Position numbers and translations under genes: made by a program. Below are positions 47,982-60,112 of a DNA stretch of 64,000 nucleotides, piece after piece. The first letter of the stretch is position 1. Each line of letters starts with the position of its first letter. Under the pieces are notes generated by a model. The model was not told the origin of the DNA. It did not search any database and saw only the letters and a program-made list of their open reading frames with translations. The stretch lies in the sequence record NC_010821.1; one strand, written 5' to 3'.

Positions 47982-48404
47982 ATGGACATTCAAACTGTAA
48001 CCCCAGAGTTGTTGACTAACGCTGTAGTGAGCTATATCCTCACTGATTGGAGTACTGTTCCTCCAACACCAGATGTTGCCTTAGCCACCATCTTATTCAA
48101 GGATAGTGCTTTCTACGATCTCTACGGAAATCATTGGGATAGCTTTGTCGATCTGCGTAAAGAAGTCAGTAATGCACTCGTTGACCCAGCACACCTTAAA
48201 TTGGAGAACAGCGAGATGGTATTCAATTTAAGTAGTAACGAGGTCAGCCCGGAATCTTTGGGTATTCTTAAGGTATTTCTGACTCAGTGTGGTTGGGACA
48301 GCTTCACTGTACATTGCACTGGATTTGTTAATTTCTTATACCGGGGCACCATGGGCAGCAAATCGTGTTACGAATTCCGTCTAACCAATAAGCGAGCTAA
48401 ATAA
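47982..48404 (+). CDS. hypothetical protein
   Basis: ORF open from 47919; AAAGG RBS before 47982. Confidence 0.7.
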   Translation: MDIQTVTPELLTNAVVSYILTDWSTVPPTPDVALATILFKDSAFYDLYGNHWDSFVDLRKEVSNALVDPAHLKLENSEMVFNLSSNEVSPESLGILKVFLTQCGWDSFTVHCTGFVNFLYRGTMGSKSCYEFRLTNKRAK

Positions 48405-48877
48405 TGACTTTCCCTAATATTGAACAATCGGGTTATGCTGTAGATGATACAGTTCACCCACATATTACTCAGGACTTCACCGCCGCAATGGTCGATCGAT
48501 TAAATGAAATCGGTCAAAACTATCTCGATCGATATATGAAGCAGTGTTGGATTGAGACACCTGAATTCACTGGATGGCGATGGGATAAATTTAATAACCC
48601 GCGTGTAGTAGCTGGCGTGGCTAATCGTTACGGTAGTATTATCGTGATGGGAGTTCGCCATTACTCGAACATGATGCAGGTTGCCTTGGATGCATTAGGC
48701 GGCGTAGAACTTTTAATTCGATGGGCGGGGGAAGAAAACTGTGAGCAAGGATTCGTGGATCAATATGGTACTTTCTTGGATCGCCAAGAAGCTTGGGTTC
48801 TGGCAGAAGCAGCTGGACAAATCCGTCACCGAGCCAACCTCCCAACCGGCACCCTCTACTCAGAACACCTTTGGTAA
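48404..48877 (+). CDS. conserved phage hypothetical protein
   Basis: G.RH..GF.DQYG.FL.R.EA..A..AGQI..LYSE.LW family pattern. Confidence 0.75.
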   Translation: MTFPNIEQSGYAVDDTVHPHITQDFTAAMVDRLNEIGQNYLDRYMKQCWIETPEFTGWRWDKFNNPRVVAGVANRYGSIIVMGVRHYSNMMQVALDALGGVELLIRWAGEENCEQGFVDQYGTFLDRQEAWVLAEAAGQIRHRANLPTGTLYSEHLW

Positions 48878-49301
48878 TAAAGCTTACCTTGTATGGGTTG
48901 AAGCAGAAAATTGGTTTAAAACGCCAAGCGCCTTTTGTAGCGATAAAACATTATCGGAAAAATTAATTCGCCATCGCCTGATCGCAGGACGCATTGCCGG
49001 AATAACTGGGCGTTATACTCGACTACATTATAATGAAATTGGTAAGACTGCTACATGGTACGCGGTTTCACCAAAAGCAGTCAGCGGCGTGCGCGTTTTG
49101 ATGGTAACCAATCGTAACGGTAAAGTCTACGCTAGGAACCGAATGTTCGTTTCTTACATAGACCAACTAGAGTACCTGGTTGAAACGTATGGTGGTCAAC
49201 CCGTAACGTTGTATTACTACGATGTAAAGATACCTGTAGAACCCGCTTTCTTTAAACAAACCTTTCTCGATGGAGTATTTCAAAATGTCAAAACCGACTA
49301 A
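48741..49301 (+). CDS. hypothetical protein; start uncertain, overlaps the upstream gene
   Basis: 186-aa ORF fills 48878-49301 but has no in-frame start codon just past 48877. Confidence 0.55.
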   Translation: MSKDSWINMVLSWIAKKLGFWQKQLDKSVTEPTSQPAPSTQNTFGNKAYLVWVEAENWFKTPSAFCSDKTLSEKLIRHRLIAGRIAGITGRYTRLHYNEIGKTATWYAVSPKAVSGVRVLMVTNRNGKVYARNRMFVSYIDQLEYLVETYGGQPVTLYYYDVKIPVEPAFFKQTFLDGVFQNVKTD

Positions 49302-49719
49302 ATTCAAAGGTAACCAAGCAACATTCAATATTACTTTTGATGGCATTGACCTTACCATCAGCAACGTAATGGTTAAGGAAGTAGATATTGGTTCAGGTAA
49401 TCATTGGGCAATGCTGGAGCGCCGGGGCGATCGTTGGATGCTGCTGACTACCCCAGGCTATTTGATCGAACCACTTGTCGACCAGCAACAAACGCTTGAG
49501 TTTGATCGAACCGATGTAGATCGACCAGTTCTGGTGAATGGTCACATGGAACGTCTTCCAATTACAGTTCACACTGCACTGAATATCAGTGAGTCTAAGT
49601 TGTTCTATTCGATTGACGAGTGTTCTACTGGGACCCGTCTTCAGTACAACAGTAATTTGTTCAATGGGGCTGAACACGATGCCATTAAACACATTGTATT
49701 CGATAAGGTGGTCAAATGA
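49285..49719 (+). CDS. hypothetical protein
   Basis: GGAG RBS before ATG 49285. Confidence 0.7.
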   Translation: MSKPTKFKGNQATFNITFDGIDLTISNVMVKEVDIGSGNHWAMLERRGDRWMLLTTPGYLIEPLVDQQQTLEFDRTDVDRPVLVNGHMERLPITVHTALNISESKLFYSIDECSTGTRLQYNSNLFNGAEHDAIKHIVFDKVVK

Positions 49720-50231
49720 GTAACATGGACCGGATTGCTAAATTCGCTCGTCGATTGGAAACCTCCATCAGCACAGGTGGGTGCCCAATCGATAAACTGT
49801 TTATGACGGCTTGCTTGGTACATTCAAATTACCACATTGTCGAAATGGACCCGGAGGTTAACGCTAAGGTAGTTCAGGCGGACGTGGCCTACAAGTTGGT
49901 CGTGGAAGTTACAATGTGCATTGCACGTCCAGAGCACGAATCTAAGTGGCGCTGGGAACCAAACAAGTACGATAGTGGTGTACTGCTTTTCTATCATTAC
50001 GACTTCGATGCGTTGCTTGCTTATGTAGCCGATTATCTTGAAGCACACCACGATACAATGGTACCAGCGTACATGGTTAATAAGGCCACTGAAACGCGAC
50101 GAGCTTACTTCGTTAAGTGCCTTAAGCACGCTCCAATCGGACGTGTTAAACATATTACCGATGATCCAGATTATCTAAGTGAGTACAAAGTCTATTTTGA
50201 CGAACTAAAAAATCCACTGGAGGAAGACTGA
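49716..50231 (+). CDS. hypothetical protein
   Basis: 171 aa, ATGA coupling. Confidence 0.7.
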   Translation: MSNMDRIAKFARRLETSISTGGCPIDKLFMTACLVHSNYHIVEMDPEVNAKVVQADVAYKLVVEVTMCIARPEHESKWRWEPNKYDSGVLLFYHYDFDALLAYVADYLEAHHDTMVPAYMVNKATETRRAYFVKCLKHAPIGRVKHITDDPDYLSEYKVYFDELKNPLEED

Positions 50232-51043
50232 TGAAAGACCAACTTGGCGATCGGATGAAGATGTTTGAAAACGACTTCATCGTAAAACGTTTTATGCCGG
50301 GACTACCAATTGTAGCTCGCATCGACGGACGAGGCTTTAGTAGATTCACTCGTGGTATGAAACGCCCATACGACCCTGACATGTCGGCTGCTATGATTCA
50401 CACCACTCGTGAATTAGTTAAGCATACCCAAGCCACTGTAGGTTATACTCAGTCGGATGAGATTACTTTGATCTGGTATTCGAACGATTACAAATCAATG
50501 AACTGGTTTGACGGTCGTGTACAGAAAATGGTTAGTCTGTTGGGTTCTCATGCAACGTTGTACTTTAACCAGTACATCATGCAATACATGCCTCAGTATG
50601 CGAAGCGTAATCCGACGTTTGATGCCCGTGTATGGAACGTACCTTCTTTGGAAGAAGCAGCTAACGTCCTAGTGTGGCGTGAATGGGATGCTACCAAGAA
50701 CTCCATTCAGATGGCGGGTCACCACTATTTCAGTAACAAAGAACTCCACAAGAAAAACACCAGTGAGATCCAGGAGATGTTGTGGTCTCAACACGACGTT
50801 AACTGGCATCACTATCCAGTGTTCTTCAAACGGGGTACTTATATTGGCTGGAAACAATTCAGGGCTGGCCGTCGTCTGACCGATGAAGAAATGCTGTTGC
50901 TCCCACCAAAACACCACGCTCACAAGAACGATGGTTGGATTGAGAAAGAGACTCGTGTACTGACTGAACTTAGTCTCCCGCCGATCACTCAGATCGAGAA
51001 CCGGGTTGAATTCTTCTTTGGAGCTAAAACTAAGGGGGTGTAA
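50231..51043 (+). CDS. tRNA(His) guanylyltransferase-like (Thg1/TLP) 3'-5' polymerase
   Basis: LGDRMK, RIDGRGFSRFT, YTQSDEI, FDARV and WREWDATKNS motifs. Confidence 0.88.
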   Translation: MKDQLGDRMKMFENDFIVKRFMPGLPIVARIDGRGFSRFTRGMKRPYDPDMSAAMIHTTRELVKHTQATVGYTQSDEITLIWYSNDYKSMNWFDGRVQKMVSLLGSHATLYFNQYIMQYMPQYAKRNPTFDARVWNVPSLEEAANVLVWREWDATKNSIQMAGHHYFSNKELHKKNTSEIQEMLWSQHDVNWHHYPVFFKRGTYIGWKQFRAGRRLTDEEMLLLPPKHHAHKNDGWIEKETRVLTELSLPPITQIENRVEFFFGAKTKGV

Positions 51044-51315
51044 TGCAACTACTATTGTTGGTGTTACCATTCTTTACAGCATTCGGCGTTACGTTCTCTG
51101 AGGCTCTCGTGAAGTGCTTCCAGGCTCGTAACATCGCGCAGGGTAAAGAGTGGCATTCTGGATTTACATCAATACTAGTGACCTGTATGAACTTCTCTAC
51201 GTTTGGGTTGTTCTTATACCAAGGGTTTCTGGTATTGATACCAGCGGCATTAGGTGGAGCTATTGGGACAGTACTTTCTATCAAATTACATAAACGTTTC
51301 TTTAAGAAGGGATAA
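51043..51315 (+). CDS. small multi-pass membrane protein
   Basis: 90 aa, three hydrophobic segments, GGAIGT. Confidence 0.7.
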   Translation: MQLLLLVLPFFTAFGVTFSEALVKCFQARNIAQGKEWHSGFTSILVTCMNFSTFGLFLYQGFLVLIPAALGGAIGTVLSIKLHKRFFKKG

Positions 51316-51318
51316 GTA

Positions 51319-51543
51319 ATGGAAAATGAGGCCCAATGGATTAATTCCACATGCAAACCTCTCCTTTGGGAAATAATGTGGATCATAAAAAATCCACACT
51401 ACTACGATGACATGGACCATCGGATTACAGTTATTCAGAACATCATGGTCAGGTATCGTCGCAATGACTTAATCAAATCAATCCTACAGTTGAGGGCTAC
51501 CAATGGAATCAAAAGGGTGCATCGCTATAGTGGGCTCACGTGA
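51319..51543 (+). CDS. small hypothetical protein
   Basis: 74-aa ORF. Confidence 0.55.
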   Translation: MENEAQWINSTCKPLLWEIMWIIKNPHYYDDMDHRITVIQNIMVRYRRNDLIKSILQLRATNGIKRVHRYSGLT

Positions 51544-52162
51544 GGTTCCGTTAGACGAACTAGAGCTATTAATCCGACTGGGTCGTACGTTTACCGATCT
51601 GGGCTACGAGGATAGCTCTGGAGACGCATTCGGGTCTGACCGAGCCGGTTGGGTAGGTGCAAGACAATCGGATCGCTATGACCCACACAGTGCACGTATC
51701 TACCTAGTGGATTCTATCCGCAACCGTAAGCGTGCATTGGAACATGGTTTCAAGATTGCGCAAGACTATCCTGAGAACTGGGTAACCGCAGAAGCGATTG
51801 CCTTAAAGGCTCGGGGCAGTTGGAATGGTATTGATGGACCTCATAACCAATTCAAACGCGACTTACATATTCGCAACGTATTCCAGATCCTAGGTCACAG
51901 TTTAATAGACCCAGCTAAGGCTCTGGTCTATTACGCACCACCTGTGGGTCGTCTAGAACGTGAGGTGGTATCGGGTGGAACTAACACGGCTCTGCAAATT
52001 GCTAAGACTGTGGGAATCGAGAAGCGGTATAACTTAGCTACTAAAGCGGGCTACGATTGGGCTAACGAATTCCTAAAACAATACGAAACCGAAAAAGAAT
52101 ACGAGGAGATCGACTGGCGAGAAATACTAAAGCCTGATGATCCCCGTCTAAGTTACCTGTAG
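51503..52162 (+). CDS. DprA/Smf-like SLOG-fold protein
   Basis: IAIVGSRE, SGDAFGSD, RNVFQILG and SGGTNTA motifs. Confidence 0.75.
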   Translation: MESKGCIAIVGSREVPLDELELLIRLGRTFTDLGYEDSSGDAFGSDRAGWVGARQSDRYDPHSARIYLVDSIRNRKRALEHGFKIAQDYPENWVTAEAIALKARGSWNGIDGPHNQFKRDLHIRNVFQILGHSLIDPAKALVYYAPPVGRLEREVVSGGTNTALQIAKTVGIEKRYNLATKAGYDWANEFLKQYETEKEYEEIDWREILKPDDPRLSYL

Positions 52163-52170
52163 AGGCCACG

Positions 52171-52671
52171 ATGGAATACAAAATTGCTAAAGTAGGGTTG
52201 GGTGAAAAGACTTGTGATGTTCCAGAAGACATCCAACAAAAGATCCATGTCGTGGGAGTCATCTACCACAAAGAGATGTTTCATCTAACTCATGCCACTC
52301 CAAGTGAAGCACTTGATTTCTATGACAACGTCAGTCGACTTACCCTTGAAAATGAATTTGACCCAGCACCTCCTCCAACATGTGTAGACGTCAGTGCCTT
52401 ATCAAGTGTTATGGGTACAAAGAAATATTTTGTAATCAATAAAGTCGCTCAACACAAGGTGACGTATGCCTGTCAGCCAGCATGTTGGTTGGCTTGGTAC
52501 GATGGTCATCCCGATAAGATGTTCTTTGCGCCACTCGACATCTTCTACAGCGATAACCTGAAACGTGTCGAAAGTGAGTGCTGTGTCTATGCATTGAATC
52601 AAGATGTAATTGACCTTAGAATGACCTTCGATGCAGATAGTACGTTTAACGATATCATTAAGGAACTGTAA
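52171..52671 (+). CDS. hypothetical protein
   Basis: 166 aa, GAGG RBS. Confidence 0.7.
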   Translation: MEYKIAKVGLGEKTCDVPEDIQQKIHVVGVIYHKEMFHLTHATPSEALDFYDNVSRLTLENEFDPAPPPTCVDVSALSSVMGTKKYFVINKVAQHKVTYACQPACWLAWYDGHPDKMFFAPLDIFYSDNLKRVESECCVYALNQDVIDLRMTFDADSTFNDIIKEL

Positions 52672-53045
52672 TGCGCACCAATCCGATCAAAACTCGCGAG
52701 TCTGATATCCGCGATGTCATCAAAGCTACCTTCGAGCGATTCATTCCAAAAGTCTGGTATGCCTGCTATCAGCTTCCTAAGCACCTGATGGGGAACTATC
52801 AGAAGATCGCTGTGCCGATCAAAGACGAACCTAAGATGCAGGTGACTTTGCAACGTAGTCGGCTTGAAATACTGTACAACGGTGAACTGTATGTCGTAGA
52901 CTGGGAATGTGATCCACGGTCAGCCCAGTTCTCTGGTTTCCTGATCTCCTCCAATTGGGGTAGCCCATCGGGTAGCCTATTCTGCTTCCCTAAGGTCATC
53001 ACTGGATTGACGTGCCACATGGCTGACGTAGCGCAACGGATCTAA
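52671..53045 (+). CDS. hypothetical protein
   Basis: 124 aa, TAATG coupling. Confidence 0.7.
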   Translation: MRTNPIKTRESDIRDVIKATFERFIPKVWYACYQLPKHLMGNYQKIAVPIKDEPKMQVTLQRSRLEILYNGELYVVDWECDPRSAQFSGFLISSNWGSPSGSLFCFPKVITGLTCHMADVAQRI

Positions 53046-53090
53046 CTTTACTGATCTTGGTTATCTAATGTAATCAATTGGAGTTAACTA

Positions 53091-53450
53091 ATGTCATTTG
53101 AAACTACATTCCGCGGTAACCAGTGGACGCACAGTAGTTCTATTAAAGGTGGGCGACGAGAGATCGTAAAGAAAGGTGTATACGTAATCGACCATCGGAA
53201 CACCGGTAAGTTTATCGTGGGTACGTCTTCGGATGTATCCAAAGAAGTTGATAAACACATGACATTATTAGCCAAAGGGAAGTCCCCGATCAAACAGCTT
53301 CAGCAACAGTATATCGAGGAAGCCCAACGCGAGAATCGTCAACCGGTGTTTGTGGTGATTGAGTATGCGCTCAATTCCGACAAAGATATCAAACGAACCC
53401 TTAAAGAGATCCGTGAGACTAACACGACTCCTTACTGTTTATTAAACTGA
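53091..53450 (+). CDS. GIY-YIG-like protein
   Basis: GVYVIDHRNTGKFIVGTS..V...H; GGAG RBS. Confidence 0.6.
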   Translation: MSFETTFRGNQWTHSSSIKGGRREIVKKGVYVIDHRNTGKFIVGTSSDVSKEVDKHMTLLAKGKSPIKQLQQQYIEEAQRENRQPVFVVIEYALNSDKDIKRTLKEIRETNTTPYCLLN

Positions 53451-53458
53451 GGTGTTAT

Positions 53459-54100
53459 ATGCGTGAACATGCTTTACAACAATACACTATTCTGGACGTG
53501 GCGCGAGCCTTTAGCGTAGCCGCGCATTGTGCCGTCGGTCAGAAACGTAAATACAGTGGTGAGGATTATTTCCATCACCCCGAAGAAGTATTGCAAATCT
53601 TGCTGACGTACGAAGATCCAACCCTCGATGCGCAAGTAGCTGCCCTGCTACACGATGTCGTTGAGGACACCCAGGTTAAATTAGATCAAGTCAATCGTAT
53701 CTTTGGTCGCAAGGTGGCTATGTATGTTGAACAGCTCACTGAGGTTTCTAAACCTGGTGATGGTAACCGCGAGGCCCGAAAAGCTTTGGACCTAAAACAT
53801 CTTGAGTTGGCTAGTCACACTGCGATGTGTATTAAGTGCGCCGACTTGATTTCTAACTCACGGAGTATCGTTGAGCGTGACCTGAACTTTGCACGTACGT
53901 ATCTGGTTGAGAAACTCCGCATGCTGAAGGCTATGGAGTATCTGATTGGTGGATGTGCCATCTGGTCAGCTGCACTGGAAGTATGCTATAACGGCATCAA
54001 AAAGATCTGGACATCCCCAGAAGATCAACTGGGTCTGTTCCATCGGGAAGGATTCACTAACATCACCATGGCTATGTTAACACAGGACACTCCAAAATGA
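53459..54100 (+). CDS. HD-domain protein, RelA/SpoT hydrolase (small alarmone hydrolase/Mesh1)-like
   Basis: AH..QKRKYSGEDY..HP, ALLHDVVEDT and KCADLISN motifs. Confidence 0.85.
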   Translation: MREHALQQYTILDVARAFSVAAHCAVGQKRKYSGEDYFHHPEEVLQILLTYEDPTLDAQVAALLHDVVEDTQVKLDQVNRIFGRKVAMYVEQLTEVSKPGDGNREARKALDLKHLELASHTAMCIKCADLISNSRSIVERDLNFARTYLVEKLRMLKAMEYLIGGCAIWSAALEVCYNGIKKIWTSPEDQLGLFHREGFTNITMAMLTQDTPK

Positions 54101-54504
54101 GTCACGCTTATGCGATGGTAGCTAAACACCTGATGGCGATCAGCACTAATTTCGACAACGGGGTTCCTTATCACTACACTGATCCAGCTAAAGTTGAACA
54201 GATTAAAGCTTTGGTAACTAAGTGTGCAGAAAAGCTAGACTATGGTCTACCGACTTGTGGTACAGCTCACCTTCGCATGAACGTCATTGTTAAAGAATCC
54301 CCTAACAAGGAATCTTGGCAGTACTCAGGGGGTGTGCTGACGTCCCATGATGTTGACGCTCAGATTGAAGCTGCCTGTCAACGAACCCTGAAAGCTAATC
54401 CGGGTAAAGTGGTTAAAGATAAATTGTTGACGTGTCACATTCTAAATGAATGGGGTCGTTACTCCGTAGTGTTCGATTTGGTTATTACGGTAGGATTGGA
54501 ATGA
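54097..54504 (+). CDS. hypothetical protein
   Basis: 135 aa, ATGA coupling. Confidence 0.7.
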   Translation: MSHAYAMVAKHLMAISTNFDNGVPYHYTDPAKVEQIKALVTKCAEKLDYGLPTCGTAHLRMNVIVKESPNKESWQYSGGVLTSHDVDAQIEAACQRTLKANPGKVVKDKLLTCHILNEWGRYSVVFDLVITVGLE

Positions 54505-54893
54505 GTGATCTTAGTGAGATGGTTGAAGCCTTGACTTTGGGTATGGCGCGTAATGCACATTTCCATGAGTGGCTTCCTAAGATGGATAGCGTTGTAGTTA
54601 GCTACAGTTCAGAGGAAGTCTTCCAAGCATTTCAAACCGCTTATTACCTGCAACATGGTGAACACTTTTGCTACACGATTACAGACTGGCTTAAACTAGA
54701 CGTGGAGAGTAAAGCTCAGTTGATTGGCGAGAAAGTCATGTTGATCAAACCCCGAAATGAGATGCAGGGTATTGGTGGAAGTATTCTATTTAATACTCGA
54801 CGTTACTATACACAACGTGGTAACGAGTTCATCGTGCTGAAAGACGCAACTGCCGAAACCGGTAAACCGTACACCCCATCATTTAGCTATTGA
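54501..54893 (+). CDS. hypothetical protein
   Basis: ATGA coupling at 54501. Confidence 0.7.
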   Translation: MSDLSEMVEALTLGMARNAHFHEWLPKMDSVVVSYSSEEVFQAFQTAYYLQHGEHFCYTITDWLKLDVESKAQLIGEKVMLIKPRNEMQGIGGSILFNTRRYYTQRGNEFIVLKDATAETGKPYTPSFSY

Positions 54894-54900
54894 GGTTTAT

Positions 54901-55518
54901 ATGTACCCAACTAAAGCCGATTACAAAGCCGCTGTGAATGGTGAGAAGCCATGGCCAGTTAGTCCTACTCCAGTTGATTTTGAAGTACCCGAAGTTAAAG
55001 GTGTCGTATTGAAAGATTCTTTAAAAGTCCCTGATGTACCCGGCGAGGAAGACGGATTCACTAATCACGAATACCGTCTTAATCAAGGTGGTTTGAATGG
55101 CGGTGACTTGTTGGGTACCAGACAGGTGTCTAACCGTGTCATTGTAATCGCCCCAACTATTGAAGACGTCGTAAAGTTCAGTGCTGCACTACCTGAATTT
55201 TTCCGTGTTCATCACCCGATTTCGTTGCCCGATGCAATCGAGCAGAACATTCGACCTGAGCCATGTCAGATCATCCACGTTACACGTGAAGAAGTTAATA
55301 CTTACCGTGATGAAAAACGTGGTCGTGTATTCTTCCTAGCCTACGCTATATTCGAAAACATCGAAGGTTATGGTGGTTGGGTGGATCTACGTGACCAGAA
55401 TGATTGTAAATGGGGTCGTAATCCAGTACGCCATGCACCAGGGTGCACCCGTTCGTTCCAAGTCCTCAACGGTGAAACTACCATCGAAGAAATCAAAGCC
55501 AAGTGTGGTTTCCAATGA
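54901..55518 (+). CDS. hypothetical protein
   Basis: 205 aa, GAGG RBS. Confidence 0.7.
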   Translation: MYPTKADYKAAVNGEKPWPVSPTPVDFEVPEVKGVVLKDSLKVPDVPGEEDGFTNHEYRLNQGGLNGGDLLGTRQVSNRVIVIAPTIEDVVKFSAALPEFFRVHHPISLPDAIEQNIRPEPCQIIHVTREEVNTYRDEKRGRVFFLAYAIFENIEGYGGWVDLRDQNDCKWGRNPVRHAPGCTRSFQVLNGETTIEEIKAKCGFQ

Positions 55519-55661
55519 AGACTGGTAATTCAAAGCTATTCAGAAAGCTATCGCTCAATCGCCGAAGCAACCGAGTTAGCTCGGCCGCTCGGAACCCATC
55601 TAAATTGTCAACCCCTATCCCTAACTGGTGGAAGGCGGTTAATGTTAAGGACTCTCTATGA
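55515..55661 (+). CDS. small basic peptide (48 aa), absent from the ORF track
   Basis: MKTGNSKLFRKLSLNRRSNRVSSAARNPSKLSTPIPNWWKAVNVKDSL; ATGA-coupled at both ends. Confidence 0.55.
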   Translation: MKTGNSKLFRKLSLNRRSNRVSSAARNPSKLSTPIPNWWKAVNVKDSL

Positions 55662-55999
55662 GAAGAGGCGGTTATAAACAAGTTCCCCGTGAATGGTCAC
55701 AAGACGCCATTCACAAAATGATTCAAGCAGTCTACCACCTAAAGTATTACCTACCACGTCGTGATCGTCAGGAACCATTTGAGATCACCTATAATGACGT
55801 GACCATAATGTTCTATCCTAATGGGATTGACTATGGCATCGGTCAAGGTCCTAACGGATACCTTAACCAGATTAAGTGGGAGAACATCACTCATGGCGAT
55901 GCCCTCGTACCAACAGTAAGTAACCTCACACCGTTGATTGAGACAGTTCGTAACGGTTTGGGTCCCCTCCTCAGACATTGGCTGGATACTACAGAATGA
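55658..55999 (+). CDS. hypothetical protein
   Basis: 113-aa ORF. Confidence 0.65.
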   Translation: MRRGGYKQVPREWSQDAIHKMIQAVYHLKYYLPRRDRQEPFEITYNDVTIMFYPNGIDYGIGQGPNGYLNQIKWENITHGDALVPTVSNLTPLIETVRNGLGPLLRHWLDTTE

Positions 56000-56415
56000 C
56001 AGTGAATATATCACATAAATTCCCGCACGACTACGATGAAGACGAATACATTGAGTCCGTGAAGAATAATCCATCGACCAAGCTTTTTGATGAACATGAT
56101 CTACGTACAGACTATCGTCTGCGCAAAGCCGGTGTAGCTGGACTCCTAGAAGAAGCCGGTCGTTACATTAAAGATCTGGTGACCTCTGATGGAGAGCTAA
56201 CTGTAGAGAAAGTCGACTTTGATAATTTTGTTAACCAACGACTGGGTTCGGTAGCAAGTGCACTTGATGGTAATATGCCATCCACTCGTTGGGTGGTATT
56301 AGATTATCAATTTGAGGTAATCAAAGATCCAACTACAGGTAAAGTCGAATTACTTGAAGAAACTCGACCTGTTGGGAGTATAGCTACTGCCTATTGGGAT
56401 CTGGTGAACGGATAA
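55996..56415 (+). CDS. hypothetical protein
   Basis: ATGA coupling at 55996. Confidence 0.65.
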   Translation: MTVNISHKFPHDYDEDEYIESVKNNPSTKLFDEHDLRTDYRLRKAGVAGLLEEAGRYIKDLVTSDGELTVEKVDFDNFVNQRLGSVASALDGNMPSTRWVVLDYQFEVIKDPTTGKVELLEETRPVGSIATAYWDLVNG

Positions 56416-56464
56416 TTTACTACATTAGCTAATAATGTACACCATCCATTCAAAGGTTAACTAA

Positions 56465-57052
56465 ATGACAATTCTTGCAGACTGGCAGATCCATACCCTG
56501 TGTACTGGTGACAAGCCAATGATCACCCCATTCCACGCTGAGAAAATGCGATACATCGGCGATGGGATTCGGGTACCTTCTTTCGGTCTTTCGAGCTACG
56601 GTTATGATATCTCGATCTCTGATAAAGGGTTGAAGCTGTTTACTGACGTACACTGTATCGAAGTAGACCCACGCAATATTGATCCACGTATTTACATCGA
56701 ACCTGTAATCAAGTACGCCAATGATGGCGCGCCATATGTATCGTTACCACCTAACGGCTTCCTGTTGGGTCATACGCTTGAATGGTTCGACATGCCTAAT
56801 AACGTATTGGGTAACTGCCTAGGTAAGTCTACTTACGCTCGTGGTGCAGTATCGGTTATCGTTACACCACTGGAACCTGACTGGTCCGGTAATCTGGTTG
56901 TGGAAGTAGTAAACAACTGCAACCTACCAGTGCGCGTGTATTTGAACTGTGGTATCGCACAGGTCCTGTTCTTCCAAGGTGAACCATGTGACTCCGGTTA
57001 TGGTGACGGGAAGTATCAGGGACAAAAGGGTACTCAAGACGCAATTGCTTAA
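56465..57052 (+). CDS. dcd: dCTP deaminase
   Basis: SFGLSSYGYD, GKSTYARG, TPLEPDWSG, GIAQVLFF and KYQGQ motifs. Confidence 0.92.
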   Translation: MTILADWQIHTLCTGDKPMITPFHAEKMRYIGDGIRVPSFGLSSYGYDISISDKGLKLFTDVHCIEVDPRNIDPRIYIEPVIKYANDGAPYVSLPPNGFLLGHTLEWFDMPNNVLGNCLGKSTYARGAVSVIVTPLEPDWSGNLVVEVVNNCNLPVRVYLNCGIAQVLFFQGEPCDSGYGDGKYQGQKGTQDAIA

Positions 57053-57058
57053 TTAACG

Positions 57059-57080
57059 GGGGTTCTTCGGAACCCCTTTT
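57059..57080 (+). terminator. intrinsic terminator, UUCG loop
   Basis: ggggttc-ttcg-gaacccc followed by tttt. Confidence 0.75.
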
Positions 57081-57106
57081 ATATCGTCTTTTATTTGGAT
57101 TTGATT

Positions 57107-60104
<2,998 letters not shown>

Positions 60105-60112
60105 GGTGTGTA

